Shown in pieces: positions 28,986 through 38,322 of a stretch of DNA of 64,000 nucleotides. Position 1 is the stretch's first letter; each line of letters starts with the position of its first letter. The DNA is taken from positions 192,001 through 256,000 of the forward strand of contig CBDBOV010000005.1 in NCBI GenBank assembly GCA_965208575.1. The letters run 5' to 3'. This stretch comes from Spirochaetia bacterium. Lineage in GTDB: Bacteria; Spirochaetota; Spirochaetia; SZUA-6; Bin103. The position numbers and the translations under genes are program-made. The notes beneath the pieces are model-generated. The model saw nothing but the letters and a program-made list of their open reading frames with translations, had not been told where the DNA came from and searched no databases.

Positions 28986-30809
28986 ATGGATATGAACATT
29001 GTAGTAATTCGAATGGCCCTTGGGGTTGCGTTGGTCTTGGTCTTGACCGCAACCGGCCTCTGGGCCGCCGGTGCAGAGGACAGCGCCGAGCCGGCAGCAG
29101 CCGCTGCCGACAGAGAGACGGTGTTCGACCCCGCCAGCGGCCTGACGTGGACCGCGCCAGAGTATGGCGGGTCACTCTCGTGGGCCCACAAGCAGTTTCC
29201 CAAGAGTACTGACCCGCACGTGGTCGGTGGCTGGGGGCCGCACTTCATCAGTGGCGTCAATGAGAAGCTGGCCTACGGCGACTGGGCAGTATCCAGGGAC
29301 AAGGTGGTTGAACTAGCCTGGACGTATTCGGGCCCGGAGATGTACAGAGGGGCTCTGGCTGAAAGCTGGGAATTCCCCGACGCCACAACCGTCATCTTCC
29401 ACATCCGCCAGGGCGTCCACTGGCATGACAAGGCGCCGATGAACGGTCGCGAGCTGACTGCCGATGATGTGGTATTCAACTGGCACCGCTATTTGGGCCT
29501 GGGCGAGTTCGCCGAAGCGGGACCTTCCGCCCTGGGATACATGACTCACGGTCTCGAGGAAGCATCGGTGACGGCCACCGACAAGTGGACGGTCGAGTTC
29601 AAGCTGGCGAGGCCCAAACCCGATATCGAGTTTGCAGTGACCCACAATGCAAACTATATATTGGCCCCCGAGGTAATCAAGGAACACGGAGACTATGCGG
29701 ATTGGCGGAACGTGGTCGGCACCGGGCCCTATCGACTGACCGATCACGTCGAGGACACCTCGGCAACCTGGGAGAAGAATCCCGACTACTGGGGCTACGA
29801 CGAAAAATTTCCGGACAACCGCTTGCCCTATATTGACACCTTGAAGTCCCTCCTTATAGCAGACACGTCAGCACGTCTGGCGGCAATGCGCACGGGCAAG
29901 ATTGACATGATAAGTAACACCGGAGACGCTCATATATCCAATATCGAGCATATAGAGAGCCTCCAGAATACCAATCCTGAAATCGAAGCCTGGCCCGTTT
30001 ATCGCCCTCCATTGGGCACTTATATGTTTGACCAGTCTCAGGCGGTGATACAGGATGTCAATGTGCGCAAGGCGCTGCAGCTATCGCAGGACCGCGAGAC
30101 AATTTCGGCTACCTTCTTCAAGGGTTGGGGAGAGCCAGCACCTAACGGGTTCATAAGCCAAGCTTCTACAGGGTTTAGCTGGCCATATGAAGACTGGCCC
30201 GAAGACGTAAAGCGTGAGTATGAGTATGACCCGGAAAGGGCGGAAGCGTTGCTTGATGCGGCTGGATATCCACGCGGCGACGACGGCTATAGATTCACGA
30301 TCAAGGTAGGCCATTTCGGGAGGTACGAATCGGACTATACAGAAATCATCATGGGGTACTTCGACGCCATTGGCGTAAAAAGCGAGATGGTTGTGGTTAC
30401 TGACCCTGAGCTGCAACCCATCATCCAGGCGGACACGTCCGAGTTCGCGTTGATTAGCTGGGTGGGATATCCGCTAACGGCCCCCAACACGTATGTCTAC
30501 TATATAAGCAACTTCGACTATGGTGGGGTTGACTGGAGCAGGGCGAAGGATCCGGAAATGGACGCCCTGCTGGCCGGCATGAAAAATGCCACCGAACCGG
30601 ACGAGTGGAAGAAATATCACCGACAGATCGATGAGAAAACGGTACGGGAGCACTGGGGCCTGGTGCGAGCCAACTCCCCGATATTTGCCGTGAGCCAGCC
30701 GTGGGTCGAGGGTTATGCCGGTGAATGGAGCCTGGGATACTCTGAACGTAATACCCACTTTGCCCGCCTCTGGATCGATAGTGCGCTGAAGGAGTCAATG
30801 GGTCATTAG
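28986..30809 (+). CDS. ABC substrate-binding protein, family 5
   Basis: GGAG SD, signal peptide ...TATGLWA, APEYGG, VVGTGPY, ARLWIDS. Confidence 0.93.
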   Translation: MDMNIVVIRMALGVALVLVLTATGLWAAGAEDSAEPAAAAADRETVFDPASGLTWTAPEYGGSLSWAHKQFPKSTDPHVVGGWGPHFISGVNEKLAYGDWAVSRDKVVELAWTYSGPEMYRGALAESWEFPDATTVIFHIRQGVHWHDKAPMNGRELTADDVVFNWHRYLGLGEFAEAGPSALGYMTHGLEEASVTATDKWTVEFKLARPKPDIEFAVTHNANYILAPEVIKEHGDYADWRNVVGTGPYRLTDHVEDTSATWEKNPDYWGYDEKFPDNRLPYIDTLKSLLIADTSARLAAMRTGKIDMISNTGDAHISNIEHIESLQNTNPEIEAWPVYRPPLGTYMFDQSQAVIQDVNVRKALQLSQDRETISATFFKGWGEPAPNGFISQASTGFSWPYEDWPEDVKREYEYDPERAEALLDAAGYPRGDDGYRFTIKVGHFGRYESDYTEIIMGYFDAIGVKSEMVVVTDPELQPIIQADTSEFALISWVGYPLTAPNTYVYYISNFDYGGVDWSRAKDPEMDALLAGMKNATEPDEWKKYHRQIDEKTVREHWGLVRANSPIFAVSQPWVEGYAGEWSLGYSERNTHFARLWIDSALKESMGH

Positions 30810-30814
30810 GGAAC

Positions 30815-30844
30815 GGAGCCGGGGGGTTCAAGCCTCCCGGCTCC
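30815..30844 (+). terminator. GC-rich hairpin between SBP and permease
   Basis: GGAGCCGGGGGG-ttcaag-CCTCCCGGCTCC. Confidence 0.6.
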
Positions 30845-30904
30845 CCATAACTCGTCGAATAATGAGCGTGGCAATGACGGGGAAGTCGCAATGAGGAGTG
30901 TCCC

Positions 30905-31915
30905 ATCAGAGCCTACCTTATCCGGCGATTGTTGCTGATATTCCCCACCCTGTTCATATTGAGCATCGTAGTCTTTCTCTCGGTCCGCTTCATCCCCGGT
31001 GATGTAATAGACGTAATGGTGGCCCAGATGGGAGGATGGTGGGCCGTGGGTGGCGACATAGACCGCGAAGCTCTCGAGCGCAGGCTGGGATTGGACGTGC
31101 CTGTGTACGTACAGTACGGACGCTGGATAGGAGTGTTGCCAACCCCTGACTGGATTACCGGTGAGTCCCACTTTGAAGGTCTCCTCCAGGGCACCCTTGG
31201 CGAACCACTGATTGGCGGTTTCTCTACGATAGACGAGATGATAGTAAGCAGATTGCCGGTAACCATTGAACTTGGCGTCATGGCAATCGTAATCGGGCTG
31301 GTGATAGCCCTGCCGGTCGGCATCTACTCGGCGATTCGCCAGGATACGGCGACCGACTACGTAGGCCGCACCGTCGCCGTAATCGGCCTGGCAACGCCAA
31401 ACTTCTGGCTGGGAATCATGGTCATGCTCTACCCGGCAATCTGGTGGGGCTGGTCGCCGTCGATGGAATATATCCCGCTTGGCGAAGATCCGCTGGGGAA
31501 TCTGGGGATGACCATCATTCCTGCGGTGATTCTGGGAACGGGGATGTCTGCAGCCACCATGCGGATGACGCGCACGATGATGTTGGAGGAGCTCAGGCAG
31601 GACTACGTCAGGACGGCATGGTCCAAGGGTATCAAGGAAAGGGTGATCGTGATCAGACACGTCATCAAGAATGCATTCATCCCGATTCTCACCCTGATAG
31701 GCCTGCAGTTCCCGCTCCTGATAGGTGGCGCCGTCATCATGGAGAACATCTTCAACCTTCCGGGGATAGGCCGTCTGTTCATGGATGCCCTCGAAGGAAG
31801 AGACTACCCGGTAGTGTCCGCAATAAACCTGGTCTTTGCTACCATAGTCATGCTTAGCATTGTACTTATCGACATGATCTATCCCTATGTGGATCCCAGG
31901 ATCCGCTACCAGTGA
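30905..31915 (+). CDS. Dpp/Opp ABC permease, DppB family; probable ATC start
   Basis: GAGGAG-6 nt-ATC AGA GCC TAC CTT ATC CGG CGA (xRAYLIRR); EAA motif; DPRIRY. Confidence 0.9.
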   Translation: MRAYLIRRLLLIFPTLFILSIVVFLSVRFIPGDVIDVMVAQMGGWWAVGGDIDREALERRLGLDVPVYVQYGRWIGVLPTPDWITGESHFEGLLQGTLGEPLIGGFSTIDEMIVSRLPVTIELGVMAIVIGLVIALPVGIYSAIRQDTATDYVGRTVAVIGLATPNFWLGIMVMLYPAIWWGWSPSMEYIPLGEDPLGNLGMTIIPAVILGTGMSAATMRMTRTMMLEELRQDYVRTAWSKGIKERVIVIRHVIKNAFIPILTLIGLQFPLLIGGAVIMENIFNLPGIGRLFMDALEGRDYPVVSAINLVFATIVMLSIVLIDMIYPYVDPRIRYQ

Positions 31916-32883
31916 TGCCACCGGTACGCACCGCGAGAGTGAGTGGGCCCAGGAGCAGTGGCGCGGTGGCTGTTTTCTTTATCAGGCTGTGGCGCGAGAA
32001 GCCACTGGGTATGGCCAGCGGAATTGTCATATTGATAGTGCTGTTTGTGGCTGTATTCGCGGGTCAATTGGCCCCATACAAGTTTGCCGAGATGAACCTG
32101 ATAGACAGGATGCAGGGCTCATCGTTCCGGCATCCGATGGGTACCGACCAGATGGGACGAGACGTTCTCAGCCGCGTCATATTCGGGGCACGTGTTTCGG
32201 TACTGGTCGGTCTGGCAGTGACCACGCTCAGTGTATTGATCAGTACGCTGGTAGGCGGCATTTCAGGATTCGTTGGTGGTAGATTCGACATCATAGTGCA
32301 GAGAGTTGTCGATGCCTGGATGTGTTTCCCGGGGCTGCTCCTGTTGTTGACCTTGATGTCCATAGTGGGGAAGGGTGTACCGCAGATAATACTGGTGCTC
32401 GGCATAGCAGGGGGTATCGGCGGATCAAGAGTGATCCGAGGCGCCGTCATGAGCATTAAGGAGAATGTGTATTTTCAGACGGCGGAGGCTATTGGAAGCA
32501 AAAAATGGCGATCATTGGTGCGCCATGTCTTGCCCAATATCATGCCTGCGGTAATCATATCATTCAGCACCAGCATAGGGGGCGTAATCATATCCTTGGC
32601 TGCTCTGGGCTTCCTCGGATACGGTCTGCCTCCCACGCTTCCTGACTGGGGAGGTCTGCTCAGCAGGGAAGGACGGGTCTACATGGAGCAGGCGCCATGG
32701 CTGGCTCTCTGGCCCGGTCTTTGTCTGACGGTAACCGTTTACAGTCTGAACATGTTCGGCGACGCGGCACGTGATCTGCTTGATCCGAGGCTGAAGGGCG
32801 GCGCCGGGCAATCCGGTGCCTATGGCACGAAGTCGGTCAAGAAAGCCAGCAAGGAACTGGACGCCGGGATCACGCCGAGGTGA
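31912..32883 (+). CDS. Dpp/Opp ABC permease, DppC family
   Basis: MGTDQMGRD, HVLPNI, GDAARDLLDPR. Confidence 0.92.
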   Translation: MMPPVRTARVSGPRSSGAVAVFFIRLWREKPLGMASGIVILIVLFVAVFAGQLAPYKFAEMNLIDRMQGSSFRHPMGTDQMGRDVLSRVIFGARVSVLVGLAVTTLSVLISTLVGGISGFVGGRFDIIVQRVVDAWMCFPGLLLLLTLMSIVGKGVPQIILVLGIAGGIGGSRVIRGAVMSIKENVYFQTAEAIGSKKWRSLVRHVLPNIMPAVIISFSTSIGGVIISLAALGFLGYGLPPTLPDWGGLLSREGRVYMEQAPWLALWPGLCLTVTVYSLNMFGDAARDLLDPRLKGGAGQSGAYGTKSVKKASKELDAGITPR

Positions 32884-33805
32884 GCGCTTCCAGGGTTTGG
32901 TGGAGGTCAGGCGGGAGCGGGCCGGCTTGTGCGGCTACCACGCTCTCCTCGATCTCCTCGGGTGTGGACGCGCCTACCAGGATGGTCGTAATCTCCCGAT
33001 TCGCCATCAGGTAGCGCACGCTCATCGCCGCAATCGAGACACCGCTGGCGCGGGCAAGCTCAAGCAGACGCGCATCCTTGAACAGAGCTCCGTTGAACAC
33101 GCCTTTGCCCGGCACACAGAATATTCCGCCAATCAAGTAGGCAGTTCCCTGTTCACGGACAACCGGAAGCATTGCGCGCGGAGAACGGCGGTCCACAAGC
33201 GAATACTCATTGGCGGACAGACACATGTCGAGCCTTACCCGCCGCAGCACATGGGCCAGTGGTTCCGACAGGTTGCTGCTGAGACCCAGGTAGCGGCACA
33301 ACCCCAGCGCCCGTGCCTCACGCATGGCTTGCACTACCGGCGCACTCTCGTAGTCGAGCCGCTCGCCGGTGTCCAGCGCCGTGTCCTCCGCATCCGGCTT
33401 CCACATTCTTGCCCGCTCCATGTCGTGGCCCAGGAGCACGTCGACCCGGTCACGACGCAGAACACGGAGGTTGTCCCGCACCTCCGCGAGACAGTCTTCC
33501 GCAGTGTGATTGTACGCCTGCCAGGCACCGATCTTGGTCGCCAGCAGATGCGGCTTGCTGGTCCCGTCGAGCCCCTCGCCCACAATGCGCTGCGACTCAC
33601 CCTGGCTGATCCACCGGCCATCGGGGCCGCCGATGCCGTACAAGGGAGAGGTATCGAAATAGCTGATCCCCAGATCGAGCGCATGTTTGACCGTGTCCAC
33701 CCCGTGCTGATAGCCGTGCTTGTGGAGAGCCGCGCCACCCAGCCCAATGACGCTCACCGTCTCGCCCGTACGCCCGAAGGGGCGCCGCTCCATTGTCCCG
33801 GTCAT
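32870..33805 (-). CDS. Aldo/keto reductase
   Basis: RPFGRTG..VSVIGLG, YFDTSPLYG, LATK, ILVGASTPEEIEE. Confidence 0.9.
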   Translation of the reverse strand: MTGTMERRPFGRTGETVSVIGLGGAALHKHGYQHGVDTVKHALDLGISYFDTSPLYGIGGPDGRWISQGESQRIVGEGLDGTSKPHLLATKIGAWQAYNHTAEDCLAEVRDNLRVLRRDRVDVLLGHDMERARMWKPDAEDTALDTGERLDYESAPVVQAMREARALGLCRYLGLSSNLSEPLAHVLRRVRLDMCLSANEYSLVDRRSPRAMLPVVREQGTAYLIGGIFCVPGKGVFNGALFKDARLLELARASGVSIAAMSVRYLMANREITTILVGASTPEEIEESVVAAQAGPLPPDLHQTLEALTSA

Positions 33806-33945
33806 GCAAACTCCTCAGTGCGTTTCGGCCAGTCTACCACCCGATGGTGTTCGAGGTAACCGGTCAGCACCCGGATAGTGCCCACCCTTGCCTCCTTTAC
33901 GGTATTATCGATTGTCGGCCGCCAACGCGGCCAAGGAGCAATCGG

Positions 33946-35130
33946 ATGAACATGAGACGTTACGTTGCGGCCGTGATTGGGGCCGTTGCACTGGTCGGAG
34001 CGGCGTTGCCGCTGGCGGCCGATGAGCACGAGATCGTGTGGGGAGCATCGATACCGCTGACCGGCATCTACGCCCAGGCGGGGGCGCTCGCGACGCTCGG
34101 CATCGAAGCCTACCTCGGCTACCTGAATGCCGCCGGCGGCATCAACGGCCGTCCGGTGCGGCTGGCGAGCCATGACTCGGGCTCGACGCCTGAGCAGTCG
34201 CTGGCCGTGTTCAAGCGGATCATGGCCGAGGAAGAAGACGTGGTGGTCTACTACGGCGACTCCACCGACTTTGCGCTGCTGTCCGCGCCGGAGGTCAACG
34301 AGCGTTACAAGGTGCTGATGGCCGGCGCATCGTTTGCCACCGCGCTCGCCGATCCGGACAAGTTTCCCTACCAGTTCCTCGCCGGCCCCACCTACGCCGA
34401 GATGGTGGGCATGCTGCTCGAGTACATCGCCGAGCAGGGCGGCAAGGATGGGGCGGCGCCGCGCGTGGCGCTGTTCCACACCAACCTGGAGGGCGGCCGC
34501 GACCCGATCCCGTACGCCAGGGAGCGCGCCGCGCAACTCGGCATCGAGATCGTCGTCGAGATAGAGACCGAGCCGGCCGGCATCGACGTGGCCCCCGAGG
34601 TGCTCAAGCTGCGCCGAGCGCAGCCCGACTACGTGATCTTCCAGGGCTATGTAGCAACGGTGTGGCCGGAGGTGATGGTGCAGGCGGCGCAGACCGGCGT
34701 CGATGCCACGTTCATGGGCACGTTCTGGGCCATGGAGCCGCTGATCATCCGGCAGCTCGGCCCGCTCGCCGACCGCTACATGGGCGTGTTTCCCTACCGC
34801 TACTACTGGGAGCAGGAGGAGTCCGCGACCCTGCGGCATATTGCCCAGGTGACACAGGCGGAATACGTGCCGACCTATGCGCTGCAGGCGTGGTTCTCCG
34901 GCATGATCCTGACCGAGGTGATCGGGCGCACCATGGACGCGGGGCTGGAGCTGACCGGCGACAACCTGAAGGCCACCCTGGACGGGATCGAGGACTGGGA
35001 CACCGGCGGCTTGATCGGCGTGCCGGTGACCTTCCGGAACAACTCCATCCCGGTGGGGCGCATCTACCGCGGGAATTCCGCCACCGGGCGCATGGATCCG
35101 GTGTCCGACTGGATTGTCCTCGACGACTGA
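33946..35130 (+). CDS. Branched-chain amino-acid (LIV-type) ABC substrate-binding protein, orphan
   Basis: Signal peptide, PLTG.YA..G, NAAGGINGR; no LIV permeases nearby. Confidence 0.88.
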   Translation: MNMRRYVAAVIGAVALVGAALPLAADEHEIVWGASIPLTGIYAQAGALATLGIEAYLGYLNAAGGINGRPVRLASHDSGSTPEQSLAVFKRIMAEEEDVVVYYGDSTDFALLSAPEVNERYKVLMAGASFATALADPDKFPYQFLAGPTYAEMVGMLLEYIAEQGGKDGAAPRVALFHTNLEGGRDPIPYARERAAQLGIEIVVEIETEPAGIDVAPEVLKLRRAQPDYVIFQGYVATVWPEVMVQAAQTGVDATFMGTFWAMEPLIIRQLGPLADRYMGVFPYRYYWEQEESATLRHIAQVTQAEYVPTYALQAWFSGMILTEVIGRTMDAGLELTGDNLKATLDGIEDWDTGGLIGVPVTFRNNSIPVGRIYRGNSATGRMDPVSDWIVLDD

Positions 35131-35166
35131 AGTCGTTTCGACGACTGAAGTCGTTTCGACGATTGA
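35121..35166. repeat. 18-bp tandem repeat (about 2.5 copies) over the stop codon
   Basis: CGACGACTGAAGTCGTTT x2 then CGACGATTGA. Confidence 0.9.
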
Positions 35167-35227
35167 CGGGAGGCGGGCTCGCGTGGGACGATTCGCCCCA
35201 TCCAACACGCATCGAAAGGAGCGGGAT

Positions 35228-37213
35228 ATGACAAGGAAAGCCTTTCTGGGCTTGATTGCGGCGCTGCTGCTGCCGGCGGCGGCGTTCGCGGGCGGCGAAT
35301 CGGAGCAGGCCGCCTCGAATGAGGGCGCCATGGCCGCGGAGGCGCCCGCCGGGCAGTACCGGGAGTCGCCGATGCTGGCACAGATGGTGGCCAACGGAGA
35401 GTTGCCGCCGGTCGACGAGCGGCTGCCGGTGCGGCCGCTGGTGCTGGAACCGCTGGAGAAGGCGGGCGAGACCCTGGGGCGCTACGGCGGCACCCTGACC
35501 GTGACCGGACTCGATCCGAACGGCGACTCGTTCGGCGCCGAGTGGGGCGACGGCGGCGGCTTCCGCAGCGAGGGGCTGGCGTTCTTCGACATCGCCTTCC
35601 GCAACTTCACCCCCGACGTGGCCGAGTCGTGGGAGGTGTCCGACGACTACACCACCATGACCGTGCACCTGCGCGAGGGCGTGCGCTGGTCGGACGGCGA
35701 GCTGGTCACCACCGAGGACGTCGAGTTCTGGTGGAACGACGTGATGCTCAACGAGTCGCTGACCGCCAAGATTCCCAACTACTTCGCGCCCGGCGGCAAC
35801 GTCATGAAGGTCAACATCATCGATGACTACACCTTCAGCTTCGAATACGCCGAGCCCTACCTGGCGATCGCCGACCAGATGGACCGGCTGGCGCCGTGGA
35901 GCCCCCGCCACTACATGGAGCGCTGGCACGCCGACTACAATGAGGATGCGGCCGCGGAGGCGAAGGCGGAGGGCTTCGGCGAGTGGTTCGAGGCGTTCCT
36001 GGCCCGGCAGGACGACCGCTGGGGCACGGTGTACGCCGGCGAGCGGCCGATGCTGGGACCGTTCGCGCCCGCCGAGGCGGACTCGCAGGGCAACCGCCTG
36101 TCGCCGCGCAACCCCTACTACTGGAAGGTGGACCCCATCGGCCAGCAGCTTCCCTACGTCGACTACTACGAGGTGATCCTGCTCGGCAGCCGCGAGATCC
36201 TGGAGGCGAAGGCGATCTCCGGCGAGTACAACATGGGCGGCGCCTGGGCCGACCTGGCGAGCTTCCCACTGCTGGTCGAGAACGCCGACAAGGCCGGCTA
36301 CACGGTGCGCATGTTCCCCGGCCTGTTGTGGGGCGGCAGCGTGAGCTGGGCCTACAACTACACCAGCAAGGACCCGGTGCTGCGCGAGATCTTTGGCGAT
36401 CTGCGCTTCCGGCGCGCCATGTCGCACGCCATCAACCGGGTGGAGTTCGGCGAGGTGTTCAACCTGGGCCTGACCGAGCCGCGGCAGGCGGCGCCGCCGG
36501 CCGATTGGAGCTTCTACGACGAGTCGTTCGGACGCAAGTACCTGGAGTACGACGTCGACCTGGCCAACGAGCTGCTCGACGAGATGGGCCTGGAGTGGAA
36601 CGCCGACCGCACCCACCGGCTGCGCCCCGACGGCGCACCGCTGATCCTGCAGACCGAGATCGGCCAGGAGGGGCACCGCCCCGGCGAGTGGGAGTTCATC
36701 GTGCGCTACTGGTCCAAGGTGGGCGTGGAGGTGAAGTTCAAGCAGGTCGACCAGGCGCTGTACGCGCAGCGCCTGTTGGCCAACGAACTCGACATCGGCA
36801 CCTGGGGCGCCGGCGGTCCGCCGGAGTCGGTGAGCCACGCCATCTACCCGATCCGGCTGGTGCCGCCGTGGCACTGGCGCACCTGCTGCGCGCTCGGCGG
36901 CATGGCCTGGCATGACTGGTGGGAGAGCGGCGGCGAACTGGGCGAGGAGCCGCCGGAGCAGATCCAGGAGCTGTTCGGGCTTCTCGACGACTGGCGCGCC
37001 ACCGCGCTCGGCACCGAGGAGTACGTCGAGCTCGGCAAGCAGATGGTGCGCATCAACGACGAGAACATCTGGTACAACGTGGTCACCGGCTCGCCGCCGA
37101 GCATCAGCCACGCGGTGGTGGTGAGCGCCGTCGACAACAGCGTCATGAACATCCGCGATCCCGACTCCGACACGGGCTGGTGGATCATCGAGATGCTGTG
37201 GATTGACCAGTAA
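35228..37213 (+). CDS. ABC substrate-binding protein, family 5 (oligosaccharide/peptide subgroup)
   Basis: AAGGAG SD, FAGGESE, ESPML...GELPPVDERLP..P, RNPYYWKVD..GQQLPY. Confidence 0.92.
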   Translation: MTRKAFLGLIAALLLPAAAFAGGESEQAASNEGAMAAEAPAGQYRESPMLAQMVANGELPPVDERLPVRPLVLEPLEKAGETLGRYGGTLTVTGLDPNGDSFGAEWGDGGGFRSEGLAFFDIAFRNFTPDVAESWEVSDDYTTMTVHLREGVRWSDGELVTTEDVEFWWNDVMLNESLTAKIPNYFAPGGNVMKVNIIDDYTFSFEYAEPYLAIADQMDRLAPWSPRHYMERWHADYNEDAAAEAKAEGFGEWFEAFLARQDDRWGTVYAGERPMLGPFAPAEADSQGNRLSPRNPYYWKVDPIGQQLPYVDYYEVILLGSREILEAKAISGEYNMGGAWADLASFPLLVENADKAGYTVRMFPGLLWGGSVSWAYNYTSKDPVLREIFGDLRFRRAMSHAINRVEFGEVFNLGLTEPRQAAPPADWSFYDESFGRKYLEYDVDLANELLDEMGLEWNADRTHRLRPDGAPLILQTEIGQEGHRPGEWEFIVRYWSKVGVEVKFKQVDQALYAQRLLANELDIGTWGAGGPPESVSHAIYPIRLVPPWHWRTCCALGGMAWHDWWESGGELGEEPPEQIQELFGLLDDWRATALGTEEYVELGKQMVRINDENIWYNVVTGSPPSISHAVVVSAVDNSVMNIRDPDSDTGWWIIEMLWIDQ

Positions 37214-37224
37214 TCCGGCATGAC

Positions 37225-37268
37225 GGCGAGGGAGGGGCCGAACGCGGTACGCGCCCCCTCCCCTCGCC
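37225..37268 (+). terminator. GC-rich hairpin after SBP
   Basis: GGCGAGGGAGGGG...CCCCTCCCCTCGCC. Confidence 0.55.
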
Positions 37269-37278
37269 CACGGCCAGC

Positions 37279-38322
37279 ATGAACCCGCCGGCAGCCGAGG
37301 TGCTGCTCCAAGTCAGGGCCCTGCGCACGCAATTCAAGTTGCGCCAGGGCATCGTGCGGTCTGTCGACGGTGTCGATCTGACCATCTACCGCGGCAAGAC
37401 GCTCGGCGTGGTGGGCGAGAGCGGCTGCGGAAAGAGCGTGACCGCGCAATCGATCTTGCGCATCGTGCCGGTCCCCGGCGAGATCGTCGGCGGGCAGATC
37501 CTGCTGCACGGCAAGCAGGGCGGCGAGCCGGTGGACCTGGCGAGCCTGCCGCCCAAGGGGCAGCGCATCCGCGAGGTGCGCGGCGGCGAGATCGGCATGA
37601 TCTTCCAGGAGCCGATGGCGTCGTTGAGCCCGGTGCACACGGTCGGCAACCAGATCATCGAGATGGCGCTGCTGCACGGCGAGGGCGGCCAGGCGGAGGC
37701 GCGCGCGGCGGTGCTCGACATGCTCGGCCGGGTCGGATTTTCGGAGCCGGAGCGCACCTTCGACTCCTACCCGCACGAGCTGAGCGGCGGCATGCGGCAG
37801 CGCGCGGTGATCGCGATGGCGCTGGTCGGGCGCCCGAGCCTGTTGATCGCCGACGAGCCCACCACCGCCCTGGACGTGACCACCGAGGCGCAGATCCTGC
37901 GCCTGCTGAAACGGCTGCAGGCGGACCTGGGCATGGCGATCATGTTCATTACCCACGACCTGGGCGTGATCGCCAAGATGGCCGACCACGCCGCGGTGAT
38001 GTACCTGGGCAAGGTGGTGGAGCACTCCGACGTGGACGCCCTGTTCCACGACCCGAAACACCCCTACCTGCGCGCCCTGCTGTCCTCGGTGCCGCGCTTC
38101 GGCGGCAGCGTGCAGGAGCGGCTGGCCTCGATCGAGGGCATCGTGCCCGATCCGTTCCGCCTGCCGGGCGGCTGCCCGTTCCACCCGCGCTGCCCGGAGT
38201 CGATCGCGACACGCTGCGAGGAGGAGGTGCCGGTCTACCGCGCCCTGCCGGAAGCGGCGCACCGCGGCGTGTCGTGCCACCTGCACGCGCCACGGGGCGA
38301 ACCGGCGGCGGTGGCGCCATGA
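37279..38322 (+). CDS. Dpp/Opp ABC ATPase, DppD family
   Basis: GESGCGKS, IFQEPM.SL.P, LSGGMRQR, ADEPTTALDVT, C-terminal Cys motif. Confidence 0.95.
   Translation: MNPPAAEVLLQVRALRTQFKLRQGIVRSVDGVDLTIYRGKTLGVVGESGCGKSVTAQSILRIVPVPGEIVGGQILLHGKQGGEPVDLASLPPKGQRIREVRGGEIGMIFQEPMASLSPVHTVGNQIIEMALLHGEGGQAEARAAVLDMLGRVGFSEPERTFDSYPHELSGGMRQRAVIAMALVGRPSLLIADEPTTALDVTTEAQILRLLKRLQADLGMAIMFITHDLGVIAKMADHAAVMYLGKVVEHSDVDALFHDPKHPYLRALLSSVPRFGGSVQERLASIEGIVPDPFRLPGGCPFHPRCPESIATRCEEEVPVYRALPEAAHRGVSCHLHAPRGEPAAVAP

Noticed and set aside
35121-35166. Possible CRISPR repeat (palindromic 18-mer)
   Set aside because: No spacers, only about 2.5 units
34745-37111. Long antisense or alternate-frame ORFs (also 12759-14579, 17567-19009, 22410-24263, 39849-42134, 59812-61182)
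   Set aside because: Shadow frames of high-GC3 genes; no family motifs
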